A stretch of 64,000 nt of DNA from an uncultured virus (IMG/VR IMGVR_UViG_3300015608_004663) (lineage: Duplodnaviria > Heunggongvirae > Uroviricota > Caudoviricetes): the IMG/VR virus record IMGVR_UViG_3300015608_004663; one strand, given 5' to 3'. A program made the position numbers and the translations under genes. The notes under the pieces were generated by a model that was given only the letters and a program-made list of their open reading frames with translations, ran no database searches and was not told the DNA's origin. Each line of letters opens with the position of its first letter. Positions within the stretch are counted from its first letter, which is position 1. Positions 1 to 7,216 of this stretch are shown piece by piece.

Positions 1-28
1 TGAAGAAACCCACGCACTCTCCAGTAGC

Positions 29-833
29 GTTGCTCTGACTAGCAGTCCATATTGGGACGTCAATCTCTGATGCATATGCACGAAGTTCTTGATAAATTAG
101 CTGCAGTTCAAATCGTTTAGCATCATACTGTCTTGTTGAACGCAAAATATCAGCATAATCAATGATGATCAGATCTGGCTTGAATCCACGAGCGTTTAAT
201 TTTTCAACGTGCGCTCTGATGTTGTTTACTGTCGCCCAGCACGTCGGAAACTCTTTAATAAAGAGCTGACCCAGCTTCATCTCTTTATATTTTGCAATCA
301 CTTCTTCTTTTCTATCACTGATATCATCACTATCAATGTCACACAGATTCGAATCATATCTGAGTCCAACAAGCGACTCTGACATCTCAAGCGTATAATG
401 AACTACGTTTTTGCGCTCACGCATAGCGTTAGCGCCAAGCATTGTCAAAAAATGTGATTTACCGACGCCAGTAGCAGCACACACTACGCCTAGTTCACCG
501 CGCCCAAGCCCACCATTCAAAATTCCTTTTCCGTCAATTTTTGTCAAACCAGTTAAAACTGGATTTCTGTTTTTACGAACAAATCGAGCTTCTGGTTCAT
601 TCAGAAAATCATGACCAATCGTTGACGAAGCACCCGCAGCGACAGCTTTTTTAACAAGCTCTGCTACTGATTCATATGAATCAGACGCCATCAGCTCTAT
701 TGATTGTTCGATAGCGACTTTTAATGCTTGTTTCTTACAAAAATCAAGCGATTTTTCTTTTACGTATGGAAGATCTCCAAGTTCGTCATCAGACCTAATC
801 TTAGTCAAAAATTCAATTATTTGACTCTGCAAC
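29..833 (-). pseudogene. Internal fragment of a diverged copy of the DnaB-like replicative helicase
   Basis: Aligns colinearly to 58488-59292 (11 differences in the first 60 aligned nt by my count). Reads LQSQIIEFLTK...ATGVGKS...WTASQSN. An in-frame TAA lies just upstream, and similarity stops at position 29. Confidence 0.85.
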
Positions 834-904
834 GTTTTTTAGAAAAAATTTGAATACAGTATATTACAGTTAAATTAGTATAACCAGATTTTTTTCTAAA
901 AACT

Positions 905-933
905 GTGTATTCTTCTAGAAGATTTGGTATACT
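905..933 (+). promoter_or_regulatory. Putative phage promoter GTGTAT-N17-TATACT
   Basis: Matches the recurring motif; ATG at 940 lies 6 nt after the -10 box. Confidence 0.6.
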
Positions 934-939
934 GAGATC

Positions 940-1263
940 ATGAAGACAACGCGAATGTCAAAAATGTCACTTGCAGACAAACTTGCATCTGGTGCTTATA
1001 ACAATGACGCGCCATATCCAGTGTTCATCTCAAACCAAGCTGCTGCTCTCTCAAAAGAGCAACGCCATCAAGTTATTGAAGTTTATCGAAAACGCCAACG
1101 TGAGATCAATGAAGAATTTCACGCTGATCTCGCAGCAGAACACGGTCTGACTGGGCATCCCAAAGAGCAGAAGCTGTTTGACCTCGCTTGGTCTCACGGC
1201 CACGGGAACGGTCTCACTGAGATCGCGTCATTCTACGAAGAATTTGCAGAGCTTCTGAAATGA
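940..1263 (+). CDS. Hypothetical phage protein, paralog of 8493-8783
   Basis: ATG ORF behind a promoter; HPKEQKLFDLAW...FAELLK resembles HPKAYEAFDIAF...IAKLLK. Confidence 0.75.
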   Translation: MKTTRMSKMSLADKLASGAYNNDAPYPVFISNQAAALSKEQRHQVIEVYRKRQREINEEFHADLAAEHGLTGHPKEQKLFDLAWSHGHGNGLTEIASFYEEFAELLK

Positions 1264-1457
1264 ACAGAGAGACACGCATCAAGCAGTTGCAGCAGCGACT
1301 AGCGATAACAACTTCACCAGCTCGGTCTTCGCTTGCTCGCATGATCGCTCGATATGAGCTGATGTCTGATGCTGAGTTTGACACTCACTGGGCGAGGTGT
1401 CTCAACAAAGCGCAGAAAATGATCTCAGAACGGAGCAACACAGATGCAAAAGTCTGA
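1260..1457 (+). CDS. Hypothetical protein
   Basis: ATGA overlap with the upstream gene. Confidence 0.6.
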   Translation: MNRETRIKQLQQRLAITTSPARSSLARMIARYELMSDAEFDTHWARCLNKAQKMISERSNTDAKV

Positions 1458-1824
1458 AATTCACTTGGGACCATGGATGCGCGGTCAATGGGATGGACAG
1501 TTTGTCTCAGTTGATGGCGCATACACAGCAAATATGTCAATTGCGTCTACTAAACGCTGGTCCGATCCAGAATATCGTTCGATGATGTCAGATGCTCAGA
1601 GAAAAAGTTGGTCAGAGAATCATGACGAGCGCTGTGCTCGAGTTTTCACTGAAGAATTTTCTAAAAAAATTTCAGCAGCAAACGCTCGCAGAGATCAGAA
1701 GCGAACATCAAAAGTTGAAGCTGAGTTTGTAGAAAAATTGTGTTCACTTCTCTCGCAAGATGACGTTCAGTCTAGCAAATGGTTTAATCTTGATCAAGCT
1801 CTGCTTCGCGCAAGATCTTTTTGA
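1444..1824 (+). pseudogene. Truncated NUMOD3-like/Vsr-type homing endonuclease fragment
   Basis: Repeats like MSIASTKRWSDPEYRSMMSDAQRKSW, then TSKVEAEF; the putative nuclease domain breaks off after SSKWF where it meets a convergent ORF. Confidence 0.45.
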
Positions 1825-1978
1825 AAAGACTAACCTGCTCGCTAGCTCGACGGGCAGCTCCTGGGTGATAGACGAGCGTCACATCTTCTTTCGCTTCTAA
1901 ACTGCGAGATAGGATCTGCCCAATTCGCTCATCAATCTTCAACAGATCGCCGCAGATGATTGTGATGTGTCGCAGCAT
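1784..1978 (-). CDS. Small hypothetical protein (GDLL-motif family)
   Basis: ORF with CGDLL motif, in tandem with 1983-2177. Confidence 0.5.
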   Translation of the reverse strand: MLRHITIICGDLLKIDERIGQILSRSLEAKEDVTLVYHPGAARRASEQVSLFKKILREAELDQD

Positions 1979-1982
1979 CAGT

Positions 1983-2177
1983 CTACCTCTCTACATAAAC
2001 GACTGTGTCAGTGTGAGGTCTCGGACTCAACAGTCCACGAGTTTTCCATCCCTCATGTTGAGAGAAAGAGATCGTCTGAGCGATGCACGATGACATCATG
2101 TGAGTCACGATGTGTATCCGTTGAAAAAAAGGCTCGATGACGATATCACCTGGGAGGAGTGGGATGGGTTTTGTCAC
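1983..2177 (-). CDS. Small hypothetical protein (PGDIV, KOW/SH3-like family)
   Basis: LLPGDIVI motif; GAGG RBS and promoter upstream. Confidence 0.6.
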   Translation of the reverse strand: MTKPIPLLPGDIVIEPFFQRIHIVTHMMSSCIAQTISFSQHEGWKTRGLLSPRPHTDTVVYVER

Positions 2178-2191
2178 ATCTGCCTCTTAAA

Positions 2192-2221
2192 GATCATATC
2201 TTGTTTTAGATAGAATTTCAC
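2192..2221 (-). promoter_or_regulatory. Putative promoter GTGAAA-N18-TATGAT
   Basis: Variant of the recurring motif. Confidence 0.5.
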
Positions 2222-2258
2222 TGCGCTTTTGATAAAAGCGTGATCTGCGAGTACAAGT

Positions 2259-2535
2259 AACCCGGTGGCCACACTCATCAGCAAGGTCACGCTCGAGTAC
2301 GTCCAGCGTTTCGGTGACAAGCTCTTTGCTGAGGTAGAGCGGTGGGGCGCGCGTATCACGGAGCAGGCGAAGGAGAAGCTGCAGCCGTTCTATCCCGCTA
2401 CCGGTGGCCAGATGCCCGTTGCGTACATTTCGTTCCGGCGCATCCAGTGCGAGGGGCCGAAGTGCGGCGCGGACGTGGTGCTTACCAGCAAGTTCCACCT
2501 GTCGCGTCGGGGCGCGGTCTATCGGCTTGCGCCTT
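2259..2535 (+). pseudogene. GC-rich fragment of a DUF1156-type (Zn-ribbon) adenine DNA methylase
   Basis: NPVATLISKVTLEYVQRFG...PVAYISFRRIQCEGPKCGADVVL; GC content and codon usage are unlike the flanks; apparent frameshift near 2516. Confidence 0.65.
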
Positions 2536-2571
2536 GGTGGCTTCGCAGTTGCTTCGGCTCAACCAACCCTT

Positions 2572-2590
2572 TGGGGCGTAGCTCAGTGGT
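2572..2590 (+). pseudogene. 5' fragment of a tRNA gene
   Basis: TGGGGCG-TA-GCTC-AGTGGT (acceptor 5' strand plus D arm start); the rest is missing. Confidence 0.55.
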
Positions 2591-2644
2591 GGTGCAGTGT
2601 TCTCAGCGCCTGATTTGCTTTCTGGCGCGCTGTGCGTTGATTTG
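2585..2644 (+). repeat. Exact 60-nt direct copy of 24715-24774
   Basis: AGTGGTGGTGCAGTGTTCTCAGCGCC...GTGCGTTGATTTG is identical at both sites. Confidence 0.95.
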
Positions 2645-2676
2645 AGCACGTCAGGTCGCACTGCGCGATCATCCTG

Positions 2677-3360
2677 CGCGGTGACAAACTCTAACTCAAG
2701 ATCTTCTTCAGCAAGATCTCGCAGCTCAGACCAGCCTCTCAGTCTCACTGCCCCGCGGGGACGAGCGACTCGAGACCCTCCAGATCACTCACATCTGCTT
2801 GCAGATACTCTACAGCAAGAAGCTCGAAGCTGTCACAGATCGCCCCTCGTGGGCTCTAGCTCGCTGTCTCACCGTTGGTGAGCTGTCTCTCAGCTGGTCA
2901 CCGCGACAGCGCGATCATCTCTTCTATCAGATGATCTTTCAGAAGATATCTGCGCTTCAGGGGCAGCTCAGACAGCTCGCCCGCCGGGGAGCTCGCGAGT
3001 GGCTCTCAGCTGACGAATTCTTCTGAAAGATCATCTGCTGCAAGATGTTTTTTTGCGGTGAGATCTGCTCTCGAGGGGGCAGCAGAGCAGCAGTGAGATC
3101 TGCTAGAAGCAGTTGAAAGTGAGAGGAGCAGCGCGAGCAGAGGGGAGCAAAATCTGCTGCCGAGTGAGAATCTGATGAAAAATGCACAAATGAAACTTTG
3201 CGTAGATCTTTGATCCACGCGTATCACCCGATTCTCACTCTGATCTCAGTGCCTCCCCAGCCATCGCCACCGTCGGTGACCGCCTTCCTGAGCTCGCTCT
3301 CAAGCGCAGACCTCTCGATCTTCTCAGATCTCTCTCGCTCTCGCAGAGCTCTGATCTCGC
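2677..3360. repeat. Nested inverted-repeat (fold-back) region
   Basis: CGCGGTGAC/GTCACCGCG (2677/2897); 19-bp CAGATGATCTTTCAGAAGA IR (2928/3019); colinear IR series across 3058-3360. Confidence 0.7.
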
Positions 3361-3392
3361 TTGAGAGCGCCCTCGACGCGCGCGGGAGAGAA

Positions 3393-3422
3393 GTGCAATA
3401 GACTAGCCAGCTGAGTTACAGT
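3393..3422 (+). promoter_or_regulatory. Putative promoter GTGCAA-N18-TACAGT
   Basis: Recurring motif at the head of the small-ORF array. Confidence 0.6.
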
Positions 3423-3446
3423 GAGATCAGAGAGGGAGCAGACCGA

Positions 3447-3653
3447 GTGAGACCTGGAGATCTGATAAAGAGAGAGGGACTGTGGTTGACGCAGATCATC
3501 TTGCTTGTCTCAGTGAGCGAGAGCGATGACGAGAGCGAGCTTGATCTGTTCTCGCTGAAGCTGTGGCCTAGTCATGGATCGCTGGAGCTGACGCGCTTGA
3601 TTGGGTGGAGCGGCTGGGACTCTGTGCTTGTCTCCGCGTGGGAGCTGATCTGA
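3447..3653 (+). CDS. Small hypothetical protein (PGDLI family)
   Basis: MRPGDLIK; GGAG RBS upstream. Confidence 0.6.
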   Translation: MRPGDLIKREGLWLTQIILLVSVSESDDESELDLFSLKLWPSHGSLELTRLIGWSGWDSVLVSAWELI

Positions 3654-3654
3654 G

Positions 3655-3861
3655 ATGGATCGATCTAGTTCAGAGTCTGATCAGCTCTGGAGAGTGAGAG
3701 CGCCTGGCGTGCTGCTCACTTCACGGGGCTTCCTGCGCATCTTGATCGAAGTTCAAGCAGATGGGTTCGCAGACAGCCGGATCAGAGCTGATGACATAGA
3801 TCCAGATAGATCTAGCTTCCTGCACAGAGTCTGGAGGTGTGAGAGTGAAGTGGCTCCATGA
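3655..3861 (+). CDS. Small hypothetical protein (PGVLL family)
   Basis: Abuts the previous stop; APGVLL motif. Confidence 0.55.
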   Translation: MDRSSSESDQLWRVRAPGVLLTSRGFLRILIEVQADGFADSRIRADDIDPDRSSFLHRVWRCESEVAP

Positions 3862-4039
3862 AGAAGTTGGGCCTGGTCAGCTTGTCACAGTCTCTGGTGC
3901 AGTTCGAGTGATCGTTGAGTCTGACGAGACTGGTCCCCTCAAGTGGATCAGAGCGGATGAGCTCTCGCGAGGAGCGATGCTGTGGTCAGTTTTGAGAAGT
4001 TCAATCGACACCGCGCTTCGCTCAGGTGAAAAGTCGTGA
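3839..4039 (+). CDS. Small hypothetical protein (PGQLV family)
   Basis: GPGQLVTV motif; GGAGG upstream. Confidence 0.6.
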   Translation: MRVKWLHEEVGPGQLVTVSGAVRVIVESDETGPLKWIRADELSRGAMLWSVLRSSIDTALRSGEKS

Positions 4040-4218
4040 TCACTCTGTCAAATCTTGATCCCGGTGGGTTGATCCCGATCGGTTCGCCAAAAGCAGAGAT
4101 CTTGCTGCTTGTCATCGAAGCATCGGACTGTGTCAGGCCGCCAAGCTGCGTGATAAGGTTAGATCTTCGTGGAAAGAAATGCTCTATCGTGGTGACGCGA
4201 TGGCTAGATCAGCAGTAG
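4036..4218 (+). CDS. Small hypothetical protein (PGGLI family)
   Basis: GTGA overlap; LDPGGLI motif. Confidence 0.55.
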   Translation: MITLSNLDPGGLIPIGSPKAEILLLVIEASDCVRPPSCVIRLDLRGKKCSIVVTRWLDQQ

Positions 4219-4385
4219 GTGATCTTCTGTCAGTTAATGGTTTTATCATCATCGTTCTCGCTGTGACTGACAGCGAGACGATCTGCGCAGATCTTGACAC
4301 GTGGCGGTACTTTTTCAGCGTGAACAATCTTGGGTTGCCGAGTTCGTATAGAGTCCTCTGGTGCAGCTGTGATGAGATCCTCTGA
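4200..4385 (+). CDS. Small hypothetical protein (VGDLL family)
   Basis: ATG at 4200; AVGDLL motif. Confidence 0.55.
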   Translation: MARSAVGDLLSVNGFIIIVLAVTDSETICADLDTWRYFFSVNNLGLPSSYRVLWCSCDEIL

Positions 4386-4542
4386 AGATCGACAAGATCA
4401 AGCAAAGCTCGCGCCTGGTGATCTGGTCGATCTTGTTGTGATTGTGGCGATTCACTCTTTGCTGCCAGCAGCTTGGATCAGCATCGATTGTGGCAGGGCG
4501 CGTGCATCTATTGATCGCGCCGAAGAAAGCGATCAAAGATGA
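4372..4542 (+). CDS. Small hypothetical protein (PGDLV family)
   Basis: ATG at 4372; LAPGDLV motif. Confidence 0.5.
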   Translation: MRSSEDRQDQAKLAPGDLVDLVVIVAIHSLLPAAWISIDCGRARASIDRAEESDQR

Positions 4543-4867
4543 GCAGATCGGTGAGACAGCGCTTCTCACCCTGCAAAAGAAAACTGTCAGAAGATTGACA
4601 GATTCTGGTCTGTGCAACAGCGAGATAATCTGCTTAAGATCAGATCTGAAATGAACAAGCTAGCTGCGAGTTCTCTGCTTTAGTCAAGAGCACATCACTT
4701 TGATCTCTATCGCAGGAAGTAGGGATCTGAGCTGCTGATCATCACTCCCTCTTGCGAAAGAGGGAATCTTGCTCGCGTTGATCTGTGATCTGAATGCGCT
4801 GTCGTTTTCAGAAAAAGGTACGCCGTTGGGCCGCGGGATTGTTCGCTTTTAACTGAGTGTGAATCTT

Positions 4868-5056
4868 ATGAATTGGAAAGACTGGGACGATCTAACGCAA
4901 CCAGGAAATCTGCACAAGATTCCGTTAAAATCTGGTCTGTGCGTGCTATCTATGGTTGTGTCTACGGACAGATCTGGGTTCATCAAGTGTGCTCTTGATC
5001 TTGTGTCTGATCATCTTTATGTCGTGCAAGAAAATTCGCGCACGAGGCTGATCTAA
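4868..5056 (+). CDS. Small hypothetical protein (PGNL family)
   Basis: TQPGNL motif. Confidence 0.55.
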   Translation: MNWKDWDDLTQPGNLHKIPLKSGLCVLSMVVSTDRSGFIKCALDLVSDHLYVVQENSRTRLI

Positions 5057-5058
5057 GC

Positions 5059-5313
5059 ATGCGATCGACAAGCACTAAAGAATCTCCAGGATCTTTGTTT
5101 GTCACGGCGCACAACAGAACTTTGTTCCTGATCGTCAGCGAGCGCTGCCACTTGATTCTTGATTCAAAGCGCTGCACAATCTGGCGCAGATCTGTTGATG
5201 GCGTCACTCGAGCAATGGCTAGACTGCTGTGGAGCAAGAGCTGCCGAGCGCCAATTAAAAGATGTGATCCATGCAAAAACTCATTAACCTGCAAGAAACG
5301 CCAGGAACTCTGA
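5059..5313 (+). CDS. Small hypothetical protein (PGSLF family)
   Basis: ESPGSLF motif. Confidence 0.55.
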   Translation: MRSTSTKESPGSLFVTAHNRTLFLIVSERCHLILDSKRCTIWRRSVDGVTRAMARLLWSKSCRAPIKRCDPCKNSLTCKKRQEL

Positions 5314-5519
5314 TAACGAAGAAGCTAGTTGTTCAGTTCTGGAGAACGAGCACCTCGCTGCAGATAACAGTTTCAGTTCACAAGAGCTGCAATTTTTATT
5401 TGTGCGCTTTTCCTTCAGGAAAGGTAACGCTCGTGCGGGACGCTGCTGAGCAAGCGCAAGAAGAGCGTGTTCTCTACTCGCCAGAGTATTTTGATATGGT
5501 GACAAAGCTCGTGAAATGA
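5271..5519 (+). CDS. Small hypothetical protein (PGTLI family)
   Basis: ETPGTLI motif. Confidence 0.55.
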   Translation: MQKLINLQETPGTLITKKLVVQFWRTSTSLQITVSVHKSCNFYLCAFPSGKVTLVRDAAEQAQEERVLYSPEYFDMVTKLVK

Positions 5520-5623
5520 AAGCGCAATCATGGTTCTCAGCTAGCGGTCTGCAGTGATGCTCAGAGCAAGCGCAGTCAAGATCGCTTGGTGTTCAGAGAT
5601 CTTGATCGCAAAAGTGATCAAAC

Positions 5624-5890
5624 ATGTCAGAAGCTTACAGCAGAAATGCGTACTATGAACCTGGTGCGCTCATCATAACGAAAAGATCTGTGCATGACAC
5701 AGAACCAGTTTTCGAATTTGTGATTGCAGAAAAATTTGCTTTAGATCAATACGATGACAAGCAATTGAGAGTGACAAAACATATTTACAACATAAACGCT
5801 GATCATCGCGTAGAGCAAGTTGTGTTCTGGGACGGTTGCGCAGCACTTACGCAAGCACATGAGCGATCTAAGCAAAATTTTGACAGATAA
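5624..5890 (+). CDS. Small hypothetical protein (PGALI family)
   Basis: YEPGALII motif. Confidence 0.6.
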   Translation: MSEAYSRNAYYEPGALIITKRSVHDTEPVFEFVIAEKFALDQYDDKQLRVTKHIYNINADHRVEQVVFWDGCAALTQAHERSKQNFDR

Positions 5891-6088
5891 AATCACAGCA
5901 GCTGTATCATCATCAGTTGATGAAGCTCACGAGAAGATAAATCGCTTGCAAAACGTAGATCTTGGTCCGATTTTGCGATCTGCGATCAGGGATGCACTTG
6001 AATCAAAAGAAAATCATCGCAATGAATAAATGTGCACTTTGCAGTGCACTTTGATTAACAGCTGATATATATAAATTAAATCATAAAC

Positions 6089-6162
6089 GGGGATTGTACC
6101 TCAGCTGGTAGAGGGCTCGATTGAAACTCGAGATGTCGTGGGTTCGACTCCCATCGTCCCCG
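6089..6162 (+). tRNA. tRNA-Phe(GAA)
   Basis: Anticodon arm CTCGA-TTGAAAC-TCGAG; T arm GTGGG-TTCGACT-CCCAT; acceptor stem has a bulge; no encoded CCA. Confidence 0.85.
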
Positions 6163-6163
6163 C

Positions 6164-6247
6164 GGATAGGTGGCGGAAACGGCAGACGCGCAAGGCTCAA
6201 ACCCTTGTGCTCGCAAGAGCGTATGGGTTCGACTCCCATCCTATCTA
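6164..6247 (+). tRNA. tRNA-Leu(CAA)
   Basis: CAAGG-CTCAAAC-CCTTG; long variable arm; acceptor GGATAGG/CCTATCT. Confidence 0.9.
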
Positions 6248-6254
6248 CTTCCAA

Positions 6255-6354
6255 CAGAGAGTGGCGGAATTTATCTAGACGCGCTCGCTCCGCAGTTAAG
6301 CTTCTGCGAGTGAAGTCACAGTGCTTCGTGCAGGTGGGAATCCTGCCTCTCTGA
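6255..6354 (+). tRNA. Atypical Leu-like tRNA with enlarged anticodon arm
   Basis: Acceptor CAGAGAG/CTCTCTG, Leu-type D and variable arms, T loop TGGGAAT; 17 nt between CTCGC and GCGAG. Confidence 0.65.
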
Positions 6355-6355
6355 C

Positions 6356-6440
6356 GCGATAGTGGTGAAACTTGGTAGACACACTACGTTGAGAATGTAG
6401 TGCTCGAAAGAGCGTGTGGGTTCGACTCCCACCTTTCGCA
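6356..6440 (+). tRNA. tRNA-Leu(GAG)
   Basis: CTACG-TTGAGAA-TGTAG; long variable arm; canonical T loop. Confidence 0.9.
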
Positions 6441-6442
6441 CC

Positions 6443-6508
6443 GTCATAGATCAGAGTTCAAATCTCTGTTGCGTTACAAGCGCAATAGTTTAACGGTAAA
6501 ACAATGAC
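6443..6508 (+). ncRNA. Circularly permuted tRNA-like RNA (3' half before 5' half; YrlA-like topology)
   Basis: GTCAT, AGAT, T arm CAGAG-TTCAAAT-CTCTG, acceptor TTGCGTT-ACA-AGCGCAA, TA, D arm GTTT-AACGGTA-AAAC, A, ATGAC. Confidence 0.75.
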
Positions 6509-6517
6509 AACGCTTAT

Positions 6518-6592
6518 CTCTGCTTAGCGTAGTCTGGATAACGCACGAGTCTGCGAAGCTCGAGATCGTCAGTTCAAATCTGACAGCAGAGA
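6518..6592 (+). tRNA. tRNA-Arg(GCG)
   Basis: CGAGT-CTGCGAA-GCTCG; acceptor CTCTGCT/AGCAGAG. Confidence 0.85.
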
Positions 6593-6669
6593 CAGTCAGT
6601 GTTTGATTAAAATCGTGCCCGCTTCACACGCGCAACTAATCTTACAAACTAATCATCGCAGTCAATGCT

Positions 6670-6996
6670 GTGACAGATCAAACATTCACTGATCTTGACA
6701 AGATCAAGTCATCTGCAGAGATCTCTGCAATCTTCAAAAAATCTGATGGATTTTTAAGATCTTCGATGTTCACGGTTCGCTGGAATTCATCGGCGAGGCC
6801 GCGCTTAGCTGTCTGCTTAGCAAAAGTGAAGCGCGCAGTAGACAGAAATGCGCTGAAGCGCTGCGCAAGAGAAGCTTGGAGGACGCTTGATAAGCGACCG
6901 CCAGCAGATGTTGTCATCACCATCAACTCAGCTGCGATCGGGCAGACTAAAGAGCTATCAAAGCAGATCAAAATTTTCATGCACAAAATAAAATGA
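6670..6996 (+). CDS. rnpA: Ribonuclease P protein component
   Basis: KIKSSAEISAIFK, PRLAVCLAK and RNR-like motif KRAVDRNALKRCARE; 108 aa. Confidence 0.85.
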   Translation: MTDQTFTDLDKIKSSAEISAIFKKSDGFLRSSMFTVRWNSSARPRLAVCLAKVKRAVDRNALKRCAREAWRTLDKRPPADVVITINSAAIGQTKELSKQIKIFMHKIK

Positions 6997-7211
6997 ACAG
7001 CGATACACTGACACAGGTTAGCATTGTGTTTGACAACAGAGAATACGTTTGCTGGATACCGTCGCAGTTCGCTGCGCGCGGCAAGATCATATCAATTGAT
7101 GGTGTCGTAGAGCGCGGTGCTGTGAAAGATGTTTACTCTACTGTCAGCTACAGCGCAGCGAGAGAAAGATCTTCTGATTGGTCAAGGCAGCGCCGCGCAT
7201 CAGATATATAA
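6993..7211 (+). CDS. Hypothetical protein
   Basis: Overlapping ATG start. Confidence 0.6.
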   Translation: MNSDTLTQVSIVFDNREYVCWIPSQFAARGKIISIDGVVERGAVKDVYSTVSYSAARERSSDWSRQRRASDI

Positions 7212-7216
7212 TTTGT

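Noticed and set aside
1..28. Intein or continuation of the helicase copy
   Set aside because: The frame reads ATGECVGFF, which matches neither the helicase nor a recognisable intein start; too little sequence to judge.
2572..2650. CRISPR array or attachment site
   Set aside because: No repeated direct repeats, cas genes or integrase are visible, and only one self-matching segment was found.
2597..3401. Short ORFs in the fold-back region
   Set aside because: Ser/Arg/Leu-biased, mutually overlapping and better explained by the inverted repeats.
6121..6354. ORFs 6121-6354, 7806-8027 and 20029-20340
   Set aside because: They overlap tRNA genes and are spurious.
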